From the NCBI GenBank assembly GCA_965235115.1, contig OZ249437.1, positions 30,628,001 to 30,692,000 on the forward strand: a DNA stretch of 64,000 bases, given 5' to 3'. Positions 23,801-35,205 of this stretch are shown piece after piece. A model generated the notes under the pieces. It saw only the letters and a list, made by a program, of their open reading frames with translations. It was not told where the DNA came from and searched no databases. The position numbers and the translations under genes were made by a program. This DNA is from Laetmonice hystrix (taxonomy: Eukaryota). How positions within the stretch are numbered: position 1 is the stretch's first letter; the number at the start of each line of letters is the position of its first letter.

Positions 23801-26800
23801 CCTACGAGTGAGAGCCGTAGCCCTGTTGTCACTGACTACTAGCAGGGCCATAGCCTGGCCCAAATCCGTTGGGGGGGGGGGGGCAGTAGACCTGCCATGT
23901 GATAGCGCGTCATTGCGCTGGTCAAGCTGGCCCGGGGTGTGGGTTAAAAAACACAAAAAAACTGGAAATCCGGGGGGGGGGGGCAGCTGCCCCCCCCCCC
24001 CCCCCCCTCCCCATGCAGGCTACGGCCCTGACTAGTGAGTGCCGGGTGGGAATAAAAATCAAAACTTGTATGTCTTATGACTCATCCACCTTTTTGTCTG
24101 CATTACACATGCACAAATTATTGTTTAGAAAAATGTGTAACATGGGGGGGGGGGGGTTTCGCCACCGTCACTATGGCGCAATTTAAAATCGGGCGCACTG
24201 AACTAAATCCGGGCGCATTGGACAGGGGGCCTCTGCGCCCGGAGGGCGCACTCTGTCTCGCCCCCAATTTTACACCCTGTATGCAGTACTTTAAATTTTG
24301 TTTTGTACTATCATTATGAATTACTCTCCCAGCTTTGGAGGGGTAGTTCCAAAACAGCCTCATAGTCTAACTCTAAGAGTAGACTGATCTATGGGGAGGC
24401 ACACCTGTAATTCCCACACCTGGAGAAAATAATCAAACGATGTGTGCCGGGGGGGAGGGGGGGGGGCTGAACATTGAGTATATTTGGTAGGGGTCTATAG
24501 GGGCCCAGGATACCAATGTGAGATATAGACTGAAGTGCAGCGGCTTCTCTCCCAACATAGACAGACTGCGGCCTACAGGCCCCCTCAGGTGGAAAAAGTC
24601 TGCATTTATTTTTGATCAAGGTGGTGACAAGTTGCTCTTTTCTTTAGGCCTACAAGTCGCCGCCAGTAGGCAAGCGAAACACGAGCCTGTAGGCAAGACA
24701 GTCAGTAACACCCCCCTCTCATTACGAAATGACATGTGTCCAGTTAAGGGAGTTCATTCCCTCCCGCCCGGCGGTCACACCTGCCGACTTGGGTCAGTGG
24801 CCACTTGACCTACTTCGCTATAGCCGGGAAGTTGTCACTTTGGGACTGGAAAGGCCTTCGTTATAAGCGAAAATTCGTTATAGGCAAACTTCGTTATATC
24901 CGGACTAAATTATATTAAACATAACAGAGACTGATTCCGTTCCTGAGATTGACTTCGCTATAAGCGGGAATTCGTTATAAGCGTGTTCGTTATAACTGGA
25001 CTCCACTGTATCAAGATCAATGATTTTGCATAGCTTTCAACTTTAAATCTAACATGTATACTTCAACACGTGTGTAAATGTAGAGCTTACACTTACTTAG
25101 GTCAAGATTTTCTATGTCAATCCTCAACCTCTCAAAGTCTGGACCTTGGTCTAATCCTCTATGGAATACATCCATCTGTGACACAAGAAAAACAATCACA
25201 TATCCCACAATCCAATAGGCAATTCCACACGGCATTGTACCTTTCACATCTGCAATGTATGGGTAGATTGTAGTCAGAAAAAAAATAAGTACCTTCATTT
25301 TATGAAGTCTCTTTCAATTTTAAAACATTACTCATCATTCACTGACATGATGGAATCAGAGTTGCTCTCCTGATAACTACTAGTAGTCTACATGCAAAAA
25401 ATATCAACTATGTAAGTCTCGTGTTTTTCTATGAACTTTGCAATGTATATCTTTAAAACATTATGACCAGCACATTACAGTGTTGGCTAAGATGGTAATT
25501 CTTTTCAAACTTCAATTGATCATACCTTGTACCTTATACTGCTTTTCTCAACGAGTATGAACTTGGTATTGTCACATGTCTTTTGTGCCCGCTGGACCCA
25601 GTGGGAAAGTCCAGCTTGAAATTGGAAAAAAATTGGAAAGCATGAGTTTTCCATGACAAAAAAGAAGCAATATATGACAGACTAGTACACACAAACGGTA
25701 TACATGTGTACCAAAGTTATGTGTATTGAAGAGCAAACTGTTGGTAAGAATAACCTGTCAGCTTGCTACCATCAATATTCAATATGTACACAAACCTATG
25801 CATGCAACCGGATTAACTTAGGGCATTAAAGTAGTAAAGTATCACTGATTCAAGTAGGACTTTCCTGTTGTAACATGAAATTACAAATCCTAATCTCAGA
25901 GTACATATCACGGGTTTTCACCTTCCAATATACAAAATTTGAAAAAAGAGAGAAAGAAAAATACAAGAGTTACCCAATAGATTATCACACACAAATGATA
26001 GGCACAGGGCAGATTTCTAACTCATCGTCAGGGAAAAAGGTTCCTGGAATGGCTGAGCTCCTCATTGACGTGTTCCCTCCCAATTCTACACATTTATCTG
26101 TACTAGATCAACCATGCATAGCCACAATATACCCAGAACTTAAGGGGCGTCCCAGTCCAAGCACAAGTGTATTAGCTCCTGGTGGCGAGTACAATATTTA
26201 CCTTTCCCTGCGCCAAATTCTATGTAGCAGCAATCATCATGGAGTAAACCCAGTTTTTCGACATGACCTACGAGAGAGGCCTACAACAGAGGATCACAGG
26301 CAAAGAAATTAAGCCAATAGTATATATTGGGTTCTTCTAGACTTATACATATTGCTTCTTGCATCTTTTTCACATATCTTAATGACACAGGATATTTTGG
26401 ACACAACACTGTAATGTCAAATACACAAATTTTCTCTGCTTTGCTTTTCATCTGGCTCGTTGTGTTTTTATCACCACCGTATGTTGTCCAGACACAGAGA
26501 GCATCTTTAAAGATACTTCTAATGATAAGCAAGAAATTGAGGAAGTTCTAACATGTTACCTGCTGTTTAAGGTGCTTTTGGGCAGCAGGCCCATTATGAG
26601 GTTTGTCAATCTCTTCCTGAAGGGCTGCATGTGATAACACCTCCCTCCTGATATCCCCAACCTTCACTAGAATTATACAATCATCATGAATTATGTGACA
26701 AATGTAGATCAAATGTTCCTTTAAAAACATTTATGGATTTAACAATTCCATGTAGTCAGTGCAGTTTTGCATATTAAAAGTAAAATGGACCACACAGAAG

Positions 26801-29800
26801 CAGCCATATAAAATGGCTATATTGTATAGATGTCAACAGAGTTTAAAAGGACAGGGCATACCAATGTACATGTACTTTCAACAAGAGACAAAGGATGACA
26901 ATGCAGTAAACGTTCTCGTATGTGTGAACTCCACCTTTAGCATAAACAAAATCTCCAAAATCTTATATACACATGTACTATGTATCTACCGGTATTTTTT
27001 AGTATTCTTTCTCCACCCTTACCCACTCCTTTCATACATCATACAGTTTTTAACATACACTTGAGGATAATATTATTCTCACCTTCATATAGTGTGTTAA
27101 CTTTATTGATCATTGCTTTTATCTCTTCTGGTTCCACACTGTTAACAGTGATCTGAAATGAAGCATAACATGTACATTTTATTCAGGGATGAAAATGTGT
27201 TTTCAACTTAACTATCACTCTATTTGCCTGGATTCAGTTTGGACTGACTGACATGAAACATTTAAGCTGGCAACTTTATAACCTTAATCAAGAAAAATTT
27301 TGATCATGAAAATCAAATTAAAACTTAAAAGTTGAAAATGTCACTCTATATGTCAACATCAAATCACTTGCCTTTGATCCATCCCAGTCTTCTGTTTCAC
27401 CAGAGTTTAAATTTTGTACATAAAAGGACTAGAAAACAAGCAAATTCAAGATTAACATTAAAAGGTATTTGAGGAGCAACATTTCAATTTTAAAAAAAAT
27501 TCAAAATGGAGATCAATAATTCTTTTGGCCAAAACACAGGGTAATTTGCACACAACATATAAACATTGTGATAATAATTATAAATACCTACTGGTTGAAC
27601 ATCTGGCCTAGAATTGCACTTTTTAAGATGTTTGTTTAACATGTCTTCATAACAGGTACTGAAACAGATGTACCAGTAATGAAAATGAATTGCAATATGA
27701 ACTTAAAAACTAGGTAGTTGACAAAAAAGGATGTGGCTTATCCAAACCTCGGAAGGACTCTATGGGATGGACAGTGCTCTAAATCATTGTTCCTAAAACT
27801 TAAAAGTTGTGTTTAGACAACTGAACAACTGCTTAGGTCATACACTGAACAAAGCTATCAGCCAGAGTCTCTACGCTCTATAGACCTGTGGAACTGACTC
27901 AACATCAGATCATGTTGACCAACCCAGCATTTTCTTTGAAAAAGGACTGTGGAGCCATAAATCCATGTAAGATAGCCACTCCCCCCCTGTCCCATTTTGA
28001 AGTTGTGAATGCATTGTTTCATCTAAAACAGGCACTGGCCCATATACGGCATATATACTTTAGGTAAATTCTCCATTCGCTACCAAGAGGCACTACAGAT
28101 TCACAGGGGTCGTTTACAACCATTCCAGTTAGAACTGTAATTTTGTGGTGGGTATTCTATGCTCAAATTTATCAGTCAACATATCCCCAAAAATTCGAGC
28201 TCATATGAGAGACATGATGGTCACTGTTCAAATGAGACTGAAACACCCAGATATGAAATTTACAAGTGAACTGATGCCTCCAAAATTTGTGGACAAGATA
28301 TACTGCAAAAGAAATGATATATGTTCAGGTTACATTTTAGTACTGTATGTATGTTTGACCCAGAACAGACATAAATAGAGTAGTTTAGCCCAGGCAGGGG
28401 TAGTTTTCCCTCAATCACCATTTTAGTGTTGTTACTTAGACTCTGGGCATTTACACAGTTATAACACAGTTAACACAATCTGAAGACAATTCTTGGATTG
28501 TATATGAGACTTGGATACAGTTTAAGCCTGTAAACATAATCTAACTAAGAATTTGAACCACTTTTCCTGGATTTCTGCACTGTTGTCACAGACTTTCCAA
28601 GGCTCTCTAAGTCTTCAGCTGCATGTAGCATGGATTCCAGCAAGACTTACTGTTTTGGATCAAGGGGACATTGAATCCGTTTTCTGTCTTTTTCATTCTG
28701 AAAATACATCAGCAAAACAGTTCGCATGTAGCATATTTTAATAGGACGAACTTGGGGGATCCAAAAAGAGTACAATTACTTTTCTAGCGGTCGACTAAAA
28801 ATAATGGCCCCATTCCTTCTCTCTCTCTATAAAAAAAACCTATGTCATTATTATTATTATAAAAACAGATTACGTTTTCAGGGCAAGTTTTGAATGACTT
28901 CTTTAAGCCTTTATGACAAGTATTCATACAGCAGGAGGTAAGGAGGGGGGGGGGGGGTCAACAGTGGCAGAGGGGGAGGGGACATCTGCCCCCTCATATT
29001 CCCCAAAGTGCCCTTTTTACAACCAAAAGTCCTTTATTTTTACAAACAAATATGCCTTTTTTTTACAATCAAAAGAGTGCCCTTCGGTTTCCATGCCCCC
29101 CATTTCGTGATAAGATTACCATTTGTTGATGTGCTCTTTTTTATGCATGACCGATTTGCCCTTTTTATGCGTGACCGATTTGCAAGCCCTTATTGTGCTG
29201 GACAGATTTAGGGGAGGGTCTAGACCCCCTTTGGCATCAATTTTTCTCTTTTCCCCATAGTGGCATAGAGCTTTCTGAATTAACCGTGTGGGACCCCCCT
29301 CCCGGTTAACAGATTGCCCCCATGGACACCCCCCCCCTTTTCAAATTCCTGGATCTGCCTGTGTGGACCTCCCTGAAATTAAGCTGAATATAGCTCAATT
29401 TGCCCTTTTTAATATATTGGACTGCCCTGAATATAGACCCTAGAACTGCCCCTGGTCAAGGTGGCAAATTTTGCAAGGCATCCTAGTAGGCCTGTATGGG
29501 TATGGCTGGATCTATTCAATTCAGGAAGTTTTAGATGGGGGGGGGGGGGAGAAAGAGAAAGGGTGGGTACTAAAACCCCCTAACCTCACGACTGACTGTT
29601 ATTAATAAAGTCAACTGTGAAGTTAGGGGGTTTACCCCACCCTTTCTCTTTCTTTTATTCTCAAGTTATTGAAATACGTAAGACTTAGTCTTAGAGTCTT
29701 AGTCGTTACACCAAATTCAATGATTGAGCAATGATAATGATTGCTATAAATAGTATAATCATTATCATGGCATCATATGAGACCGGTATCTAAACAAGAA

Positions 29801-30102
29801 TTTACCGGCTTAACATGAGAATGTTCCACACAGAATTCTCTGCCGTCTGGCGGTATAGTCCGACAATATCTTCGCTTTCTCTGCAGGTAAAAGTGGCATC
29901 GTTCAGGCCGCAGTTCCCCGCGGGCCCCTGTCGGCGTGGGCGGCGTCCCCTCGGCCTGACACCGGCCCCCGTTCCCGTCTCTGTCGTCCCCGTCTCCCCC
30001 TGGTACCGCGGCCTCACCGGGCGACGGCCGCAACGACGCCCCAGCTGCGGAGGCACCCTCTCCTGAGCTCTCCTTCCTGGCCGAGCCCCTCACATCAGCC
30101 AT
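20820..30102 (-). CDS. TRMT13: tRNA:m(4)X modification methyltransferase TRM13 homolog, 519 aa
   Basis: 14 phase-consistent exons: 30102-29806, 28697-28651, 27658-27592, 27428-27372 (GC donor), 27152-27083, 26666-26560, 26280-26202, 25614-25526, 25175-25097, 23027-22953, 22798-22732, 22386-22211, 21607-21517, 21078-20820. Motifs: CCCH finger (CHFYLQRKRRYC..CVEH), CHHC finger (CPLDPKHTCYEDMLNKHLKKCN), KHLKQQASL, EFGAGK, GKHLCG, LALCCHHRC, CKKLIDMGR, ENVVL. Confidence 0.95.
23480..24279. mobile_element. hAT-like element with a 6-bp TSD (TATGCA), nested in 23233-25008
   Basis: TIR cagggtgtaaaatt/aattttacaccctg; TATGCA at 23474-23479 and 24280-24285. Confidence 0.85.
23843..24030. mobile_element. 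hAT-like MITE with a 5-bp TSD (ACTAG), third nesting level
   Basis: TIR cagggccatagcctg/caggctacggccctg (14 of 15 match); ACTAG at 23838-23842 and 24031-24035. Confidence 0.85.
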
Positions 30103-30199
30103 TTTAAGTACAAAAACTATAGATCTACGCTTTGTGCTGGCCCTTGCTAACTTCTCGAGTAATATTTAATCACTGCGGCGAACCACGCAGCCATCTATC

Positions 30200-30280
30200 C
30201 ACGTTGTCCCGACTTCCGGAAATAAACACACAGAGCCCCCTACAGACACATTTATTAGTGGCGCCATCTAGTGGTAGCAA
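30200..30280 (-). promoter_or_regulatory. TRMT13 proximal promoter with ETS and CTCF-like motifs
   Basis: acttccgg (30212-30219) and gcgccatctagtgg (30261-30274, reverse complement CCACTAGATGGCGC) lie 110-170 nt upstream of the ATG. Confidence 0.55.
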
Positions 30281-30350
30281 TAGAAACTTGGCCCAATAGC
30301 CTCTGGTTTGATCAGTAAAATTTAATGTTGGCTCGGGCTGAGTCACGCGG

Positions 30351-30485
30351 CCCGACCCCCCCCCCCCCCCGACCCCCCATTTTCCTAACTCTTGCCTATT
30401 TTCTATGTTTCATGTAGGCCCCTATAAAAAATGATATAACTTCGTTGAAAGATTTGGAAGAAATTTCTGCTCTAGAATGTTCTAC
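30351..30485. mobile_element. Truncated copy of the MITE family at 61326-61509
   Basis: Shared internal sequence aactcttgcctattttctatgtttcatg..gttgaaagatttgg..aaatttct.ctcta.atgttc after a poly-C run. Confidence 0.7.
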
Positions 30486-33400
30486 TCAATGATCCCCCTC
30501 GGCCTAAAAAAATGTCCCCATTATTCTCATAAATGCTATAGATCCAGGCCTACTAATAGGCCTACTATAGTAGTAGGCCTATAAAAAGAACAAATCATAA
30601 AGCTTATGAAAAGTTTTATTGCAACTCAATATCCCAACACGGTAATAACAAACGCGAAACATGGACGTTGTAAAACGCCTATGAACCGCTGCAGGCTATA
30701 TATAGTGTACAGTGGAGGAAATCATTCCAAGTGCTGCAATCGTCATCCTCTATAGATATTATAGATGTCATTCAAATGTCACCCACAAAACCAGGACCTA
30801 TTTCTAGTTCCTGTACAACAATGTCTATCAAATCGTCTGCCTTTTTCTTCATCATCTTTTAAAAAATACATTCCTTGTTTATCTCAAGATCATGCCTCTG
30901 TGATATATAGTTTTGTCATACCTATTTCCGCGTCTCTACACCGTTTTACATTGTAGTATGTCCAGGCTTACAGGAATATACAAGTTATATAGGCCCCCTT
31001 CTCGGTTTAACATAACGGTACCTTAATAATAAAATAAGAATAATAAAATGTGTGCAGTTTCGGTCTCATTAAAGCATCGTTCCGTGCAACGTCACTATCC
31101 ATACATAATAGCGCCCCACTTTACGTTCATCATCTTATTGCCCTTCCATCTTTCTCTCTCAAAGATTTTAACGTTTTAACTTTCTTCTGCCCACCATGCA
31201 AGTATCTATTTTAACACTGTAGGCCTACTCTGCGTAAACGGTTCTGGCTTCTCAGAACAATTCCTTTTTCCACAATAAAAAGGTGGTGGCTCCTTGAGCC
31301 ATTAGGTTTCGTGATGAGTAAATTAATTTCTAACGAAAATTCTACTTTTCCAAGTACAAGACATATTTCATGATTTTTCAATTATCTATACCGAGTAATA
31401 ACAACCTTTTTTACGCTTCTTTCATAGACCAAGGAAGAGGGAGAACTATGAACTTTTTGCTTCCTGCGACCCAATGTGTCTACTAACCTTTGTCTCTGTG
31501 TGATACACAAGTCATGATAGAAAAATCTTTTCCTGAAAAATAACCATGTTAAAAAGGCAAAATTTGCATTTAAAAAAACCAAAATATCAATTTTCAGAAC
31601 TTATTATCTACATTAATATTTTAATACTTTTTTACAACTGAAAAGAGGGCATCAGGTTACACAAAATGCTCCCTTTTCTTGCTCCTTGGTCCTATTACCT
31701 AAGAAGCACAATGGGTATTGTCAACCAAACTATTTAATTTACTTACGGTATCTATGTTCATGGACAACACTGGCGATATCTCGGCACTTAACAAAATATA
31801 ATTTTCGACTGCTTACATAAAAATCATCACAGACTTATTTCCTTCCCGTTTCCAAAAGGAACTTCAGAAGAAGAAAAAAATCCTTCCTTTTTTACAAAGA
31901 TGAGGACGGAGTTCTTATACTAATCACATAGGTCCTTAAGGAGAGGGGGTAGGAGACTGGAAATGAAAGTAAGTGGAATGAATAAATATAAAAAAATATT
32001 TTTCGAGACACTCAGTGAAAACGACTGAAAAACGATACAAGTAGCCTAGGTGAAATGATCAAACAATTTACCGAACTTGAGCTGGAGTGGACTGCTAACT
32101 ATCTCCTTACAATGCCCTAAATACTCATTCCATGTACATAACTTTAACCTCTCACGTTACCAACCGTTACCATCTATAGAACATTACCTTATGTCTACCA
32201 ATGTAAGAAATAACTTCTATATTCTTAACCCCCCCCCCCCCCTCACACACACACATCGTCATGTCTGGCGAGGGCTGCGGTAAACACGCTATAAATCGTA
32301 TCCGACTGCCTTAACTATCCGTATGACCTATACCAACGGTAAGAGTAGCACACCAGCAGTGAAACGGGCCTTTCATCGGAGGTTTACCAAACCGTTTCCC
32401 AAACCAGTTTCTATAACTTACCAAGGTATGTCACCATTAACTTGTACTTTCCAACTTTAAATGCATTCTAATAAAAGTGCACTTATAAAGAGAAAAGTAT
32501 GTACATGTAGACTCTACACTACGACACATTCAATCACCTCGCCCCATTGCGCTTTCAGGGGTTAAGGATGCTTCATATGAAGAGCATAGACACAGCTCTG
32601 GCTGTCTTTAGATCCATTCCAATGTTAACGCCGACAATTTCCGTTAACCCTCAATGTAATAGGTCTTATTTTATTTTCACCGAGTACTAGGATTTTGCTT
32701 CCATTCGTTCGTCGTACAGAACTCCTGTTGCACTGTGCCCTCGCCCACTATGAAATGGCTCAATGCTGGCGGTTCTTCTGATGGAATATGTTGTCAAAGA
32801 TTCACAGTTGTGAATACAGTCGCATGTCTTCAGCTGGACCCAGTATATGAACCAGGTTTACTCCCCTCTGAAGATAAAGTCCATTACTTTTCGTGCGAAT
32901 AACTATCCTAAACTACAACCCAAGTTGTGCCAATAATATACATGTACTGGCTTTATACTCATGTTGCACCTCCACAAATACCTTAGAAAATACCAGTCCT
33001 CAGAGAAACAGTTGACAATAGACTGGCCAAATGCAATACTCCGGTAGATGTGTGTATTAAAACAACGTGTCTCCAGTATAAAAATAACTTCTCCTCAAAG
33101 TTTAAGGCACACGGAAATGAAAACTTCAGGAAAATACCGTTCGATCGTTTTAATGCTTACCTTGCACTTAAAATATACTAAAATAATCGCCTGTCTCCGA
33201 TGTTGTCGGCAGAGACTATACTCCCTACTTGGCAAAACCTATACCCGGTATTCAAATGTTGCAAAAGTTTTAATAAACTAATATCCACCTTTCTATACTA
33301 AACTACTGATATATGATTTACACAAAATATTGACTCAGCTGTCATCTGAAGTTTATATATAATATAGATGTATGTATACCATAATACACTGAATACTGCA

Positions 33401-35205
33401 ATCCTCCGAATAGGTTGTCTTCATTTATGATCCAATAATTGAAAACATTTTGGCAAATTAAAACCGTCATCGACATTCTGCCTCGTATCACATCTATGTT
33501 TTACGTCTTTCCTCTGAACCTTAATCGCTCTATCACTAGTCACATAATTAGTGAACCAACCCTCGCTACATAATGACCCGAATTTCATACCATGTATTCA
33601 TACACGAAGTACACAGACAACTACGAAACACCTCCTTCAAGACGACACACATACAGGGTTGTCTGGAAATAGGACTATTTTCTTGATTACCATGCCCACC
33701 TAACTAAACTGACCCATAACGCCATAGGAACCATATGTGAAAGCATGCTCAGGAATGTGTCGGACTTCAAATTTTTATGACGATACATTGCATATTTTCC
33801 AGACGGGTCCATGTTTTTGGAACACTTTCTACCGATAGCTGTACTTGTAGCCCCGTGTATGCCGAGATGCGATAAACCTGCTAATATCTCTTGTTTTCAT
33901 GTCGCTTACATACCGCTATGTGATGTTAACTATATTATGGCATTCCCCTTCCCTCCACCTAAAAAGCTCGTCCACGAGGGTAGTGGATATGCACGACATA
34001 TCTGTACCAGAACATCTACAAAATGTGATAACCTTTGATAGGGCTTTCATAAAGTTGTCAGATATAAGCGATTCATATCATGGGCTATTTTTGTTTGCTC
34101 AAATCTAGCAAAGAATGTTACATAGATTCTTTGTCTCTGGCTACAAAATAAAAGCAACTATTTATAGAGACCGAGGGGGGGGGGGATCTGGAATCAACTG
34201 CCGGTTTTTTAAAGTTAGGCCTACTTGGTCCAAGTTTAAATAATCGACCCACCCCACTCGGCACTGATAACTATCAGGAGAAGACTTAATTTCCATTTGG
34301 GCGGATTATCAGAGGTCTGTTACAGGCTAGCTTCTGATATGGCTCCGTAGACATATTTTAATTACTTGAGATATTAAAAGCACCTGTACTTTGGCCATGC
34401 ATGTCTTTCATTCACCCACTGAGATCCGAATTCTGATCCACGCCAACAACCCGATCTGTGATACATACGTTCTCAGAAGTATGTCAGACATCAATGTGAT
34501 ATCCGATTTCTAAGTACAGGTTACTGCAGTCTGTCATGGGTCCATTCCCCATGGGTCAATTATACATTCTACACATGCCAGCACGCTATGCATCTCTAAT
34601 TATACATCACAGCACACTTTATATTCGGTTACATTATGGGCATTTAACAATACAGCTAATTAAAAGTATAGTACAGCAATAACAGTACAAAATGCCATGA
34701 ATATGGCTGGAAAGTACTTGTACTTGAAATATATAAACAACACGGTCTCAGAACTTCCTCTTGTCGGGAATTTCCCTCCTAGGGGATGCCTTGGTGAGAA
34801 TTTCATAATTTAATTGTATTTTAGACACACTGTATGTGAATGACACCTTGTATGTCAGACAAGGGCGAAACCCCTTGTTTATCAAACTGGCGAAAAATTA
34901 TTATAGTATTTATTTCTTTGCACGAATATATATTATACTGGAGCCGTTTAAAATGATTAGGGAAATAAAATTGAGGGGGGGGGGGGGGGCTGTATGTATG
35001 TCCTAGAGAGAAAATGGGAAATGTCCCTGGGGGAATTACCAAGCAACACACAAAATATTTTCCCTGCCCTGTATTTGTACACGTGTCTTTGTTGAGAGTT
35101 GTGCTCGAATGCCTCTGTATTGCGTATGTGTTTATGCTTGTGGGTGTGTGTGTGTGTTTGTGTCTGTTGTGGAGCTCTCTCAAGCTCGTATTTCCTCCCG
35201 TCCAA

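Larger units (their letters stand above)
23233..25008. mobile_element. Tc1/pogo-like non-autonomous element (TA TSD) carrying nested insertions
   Basis: TIR cagtggagtccggttataacgaa / ttcgttataactggactccactg, flanked by TA at 23231-23232 and 25009-25010. Confidence 0.85.
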
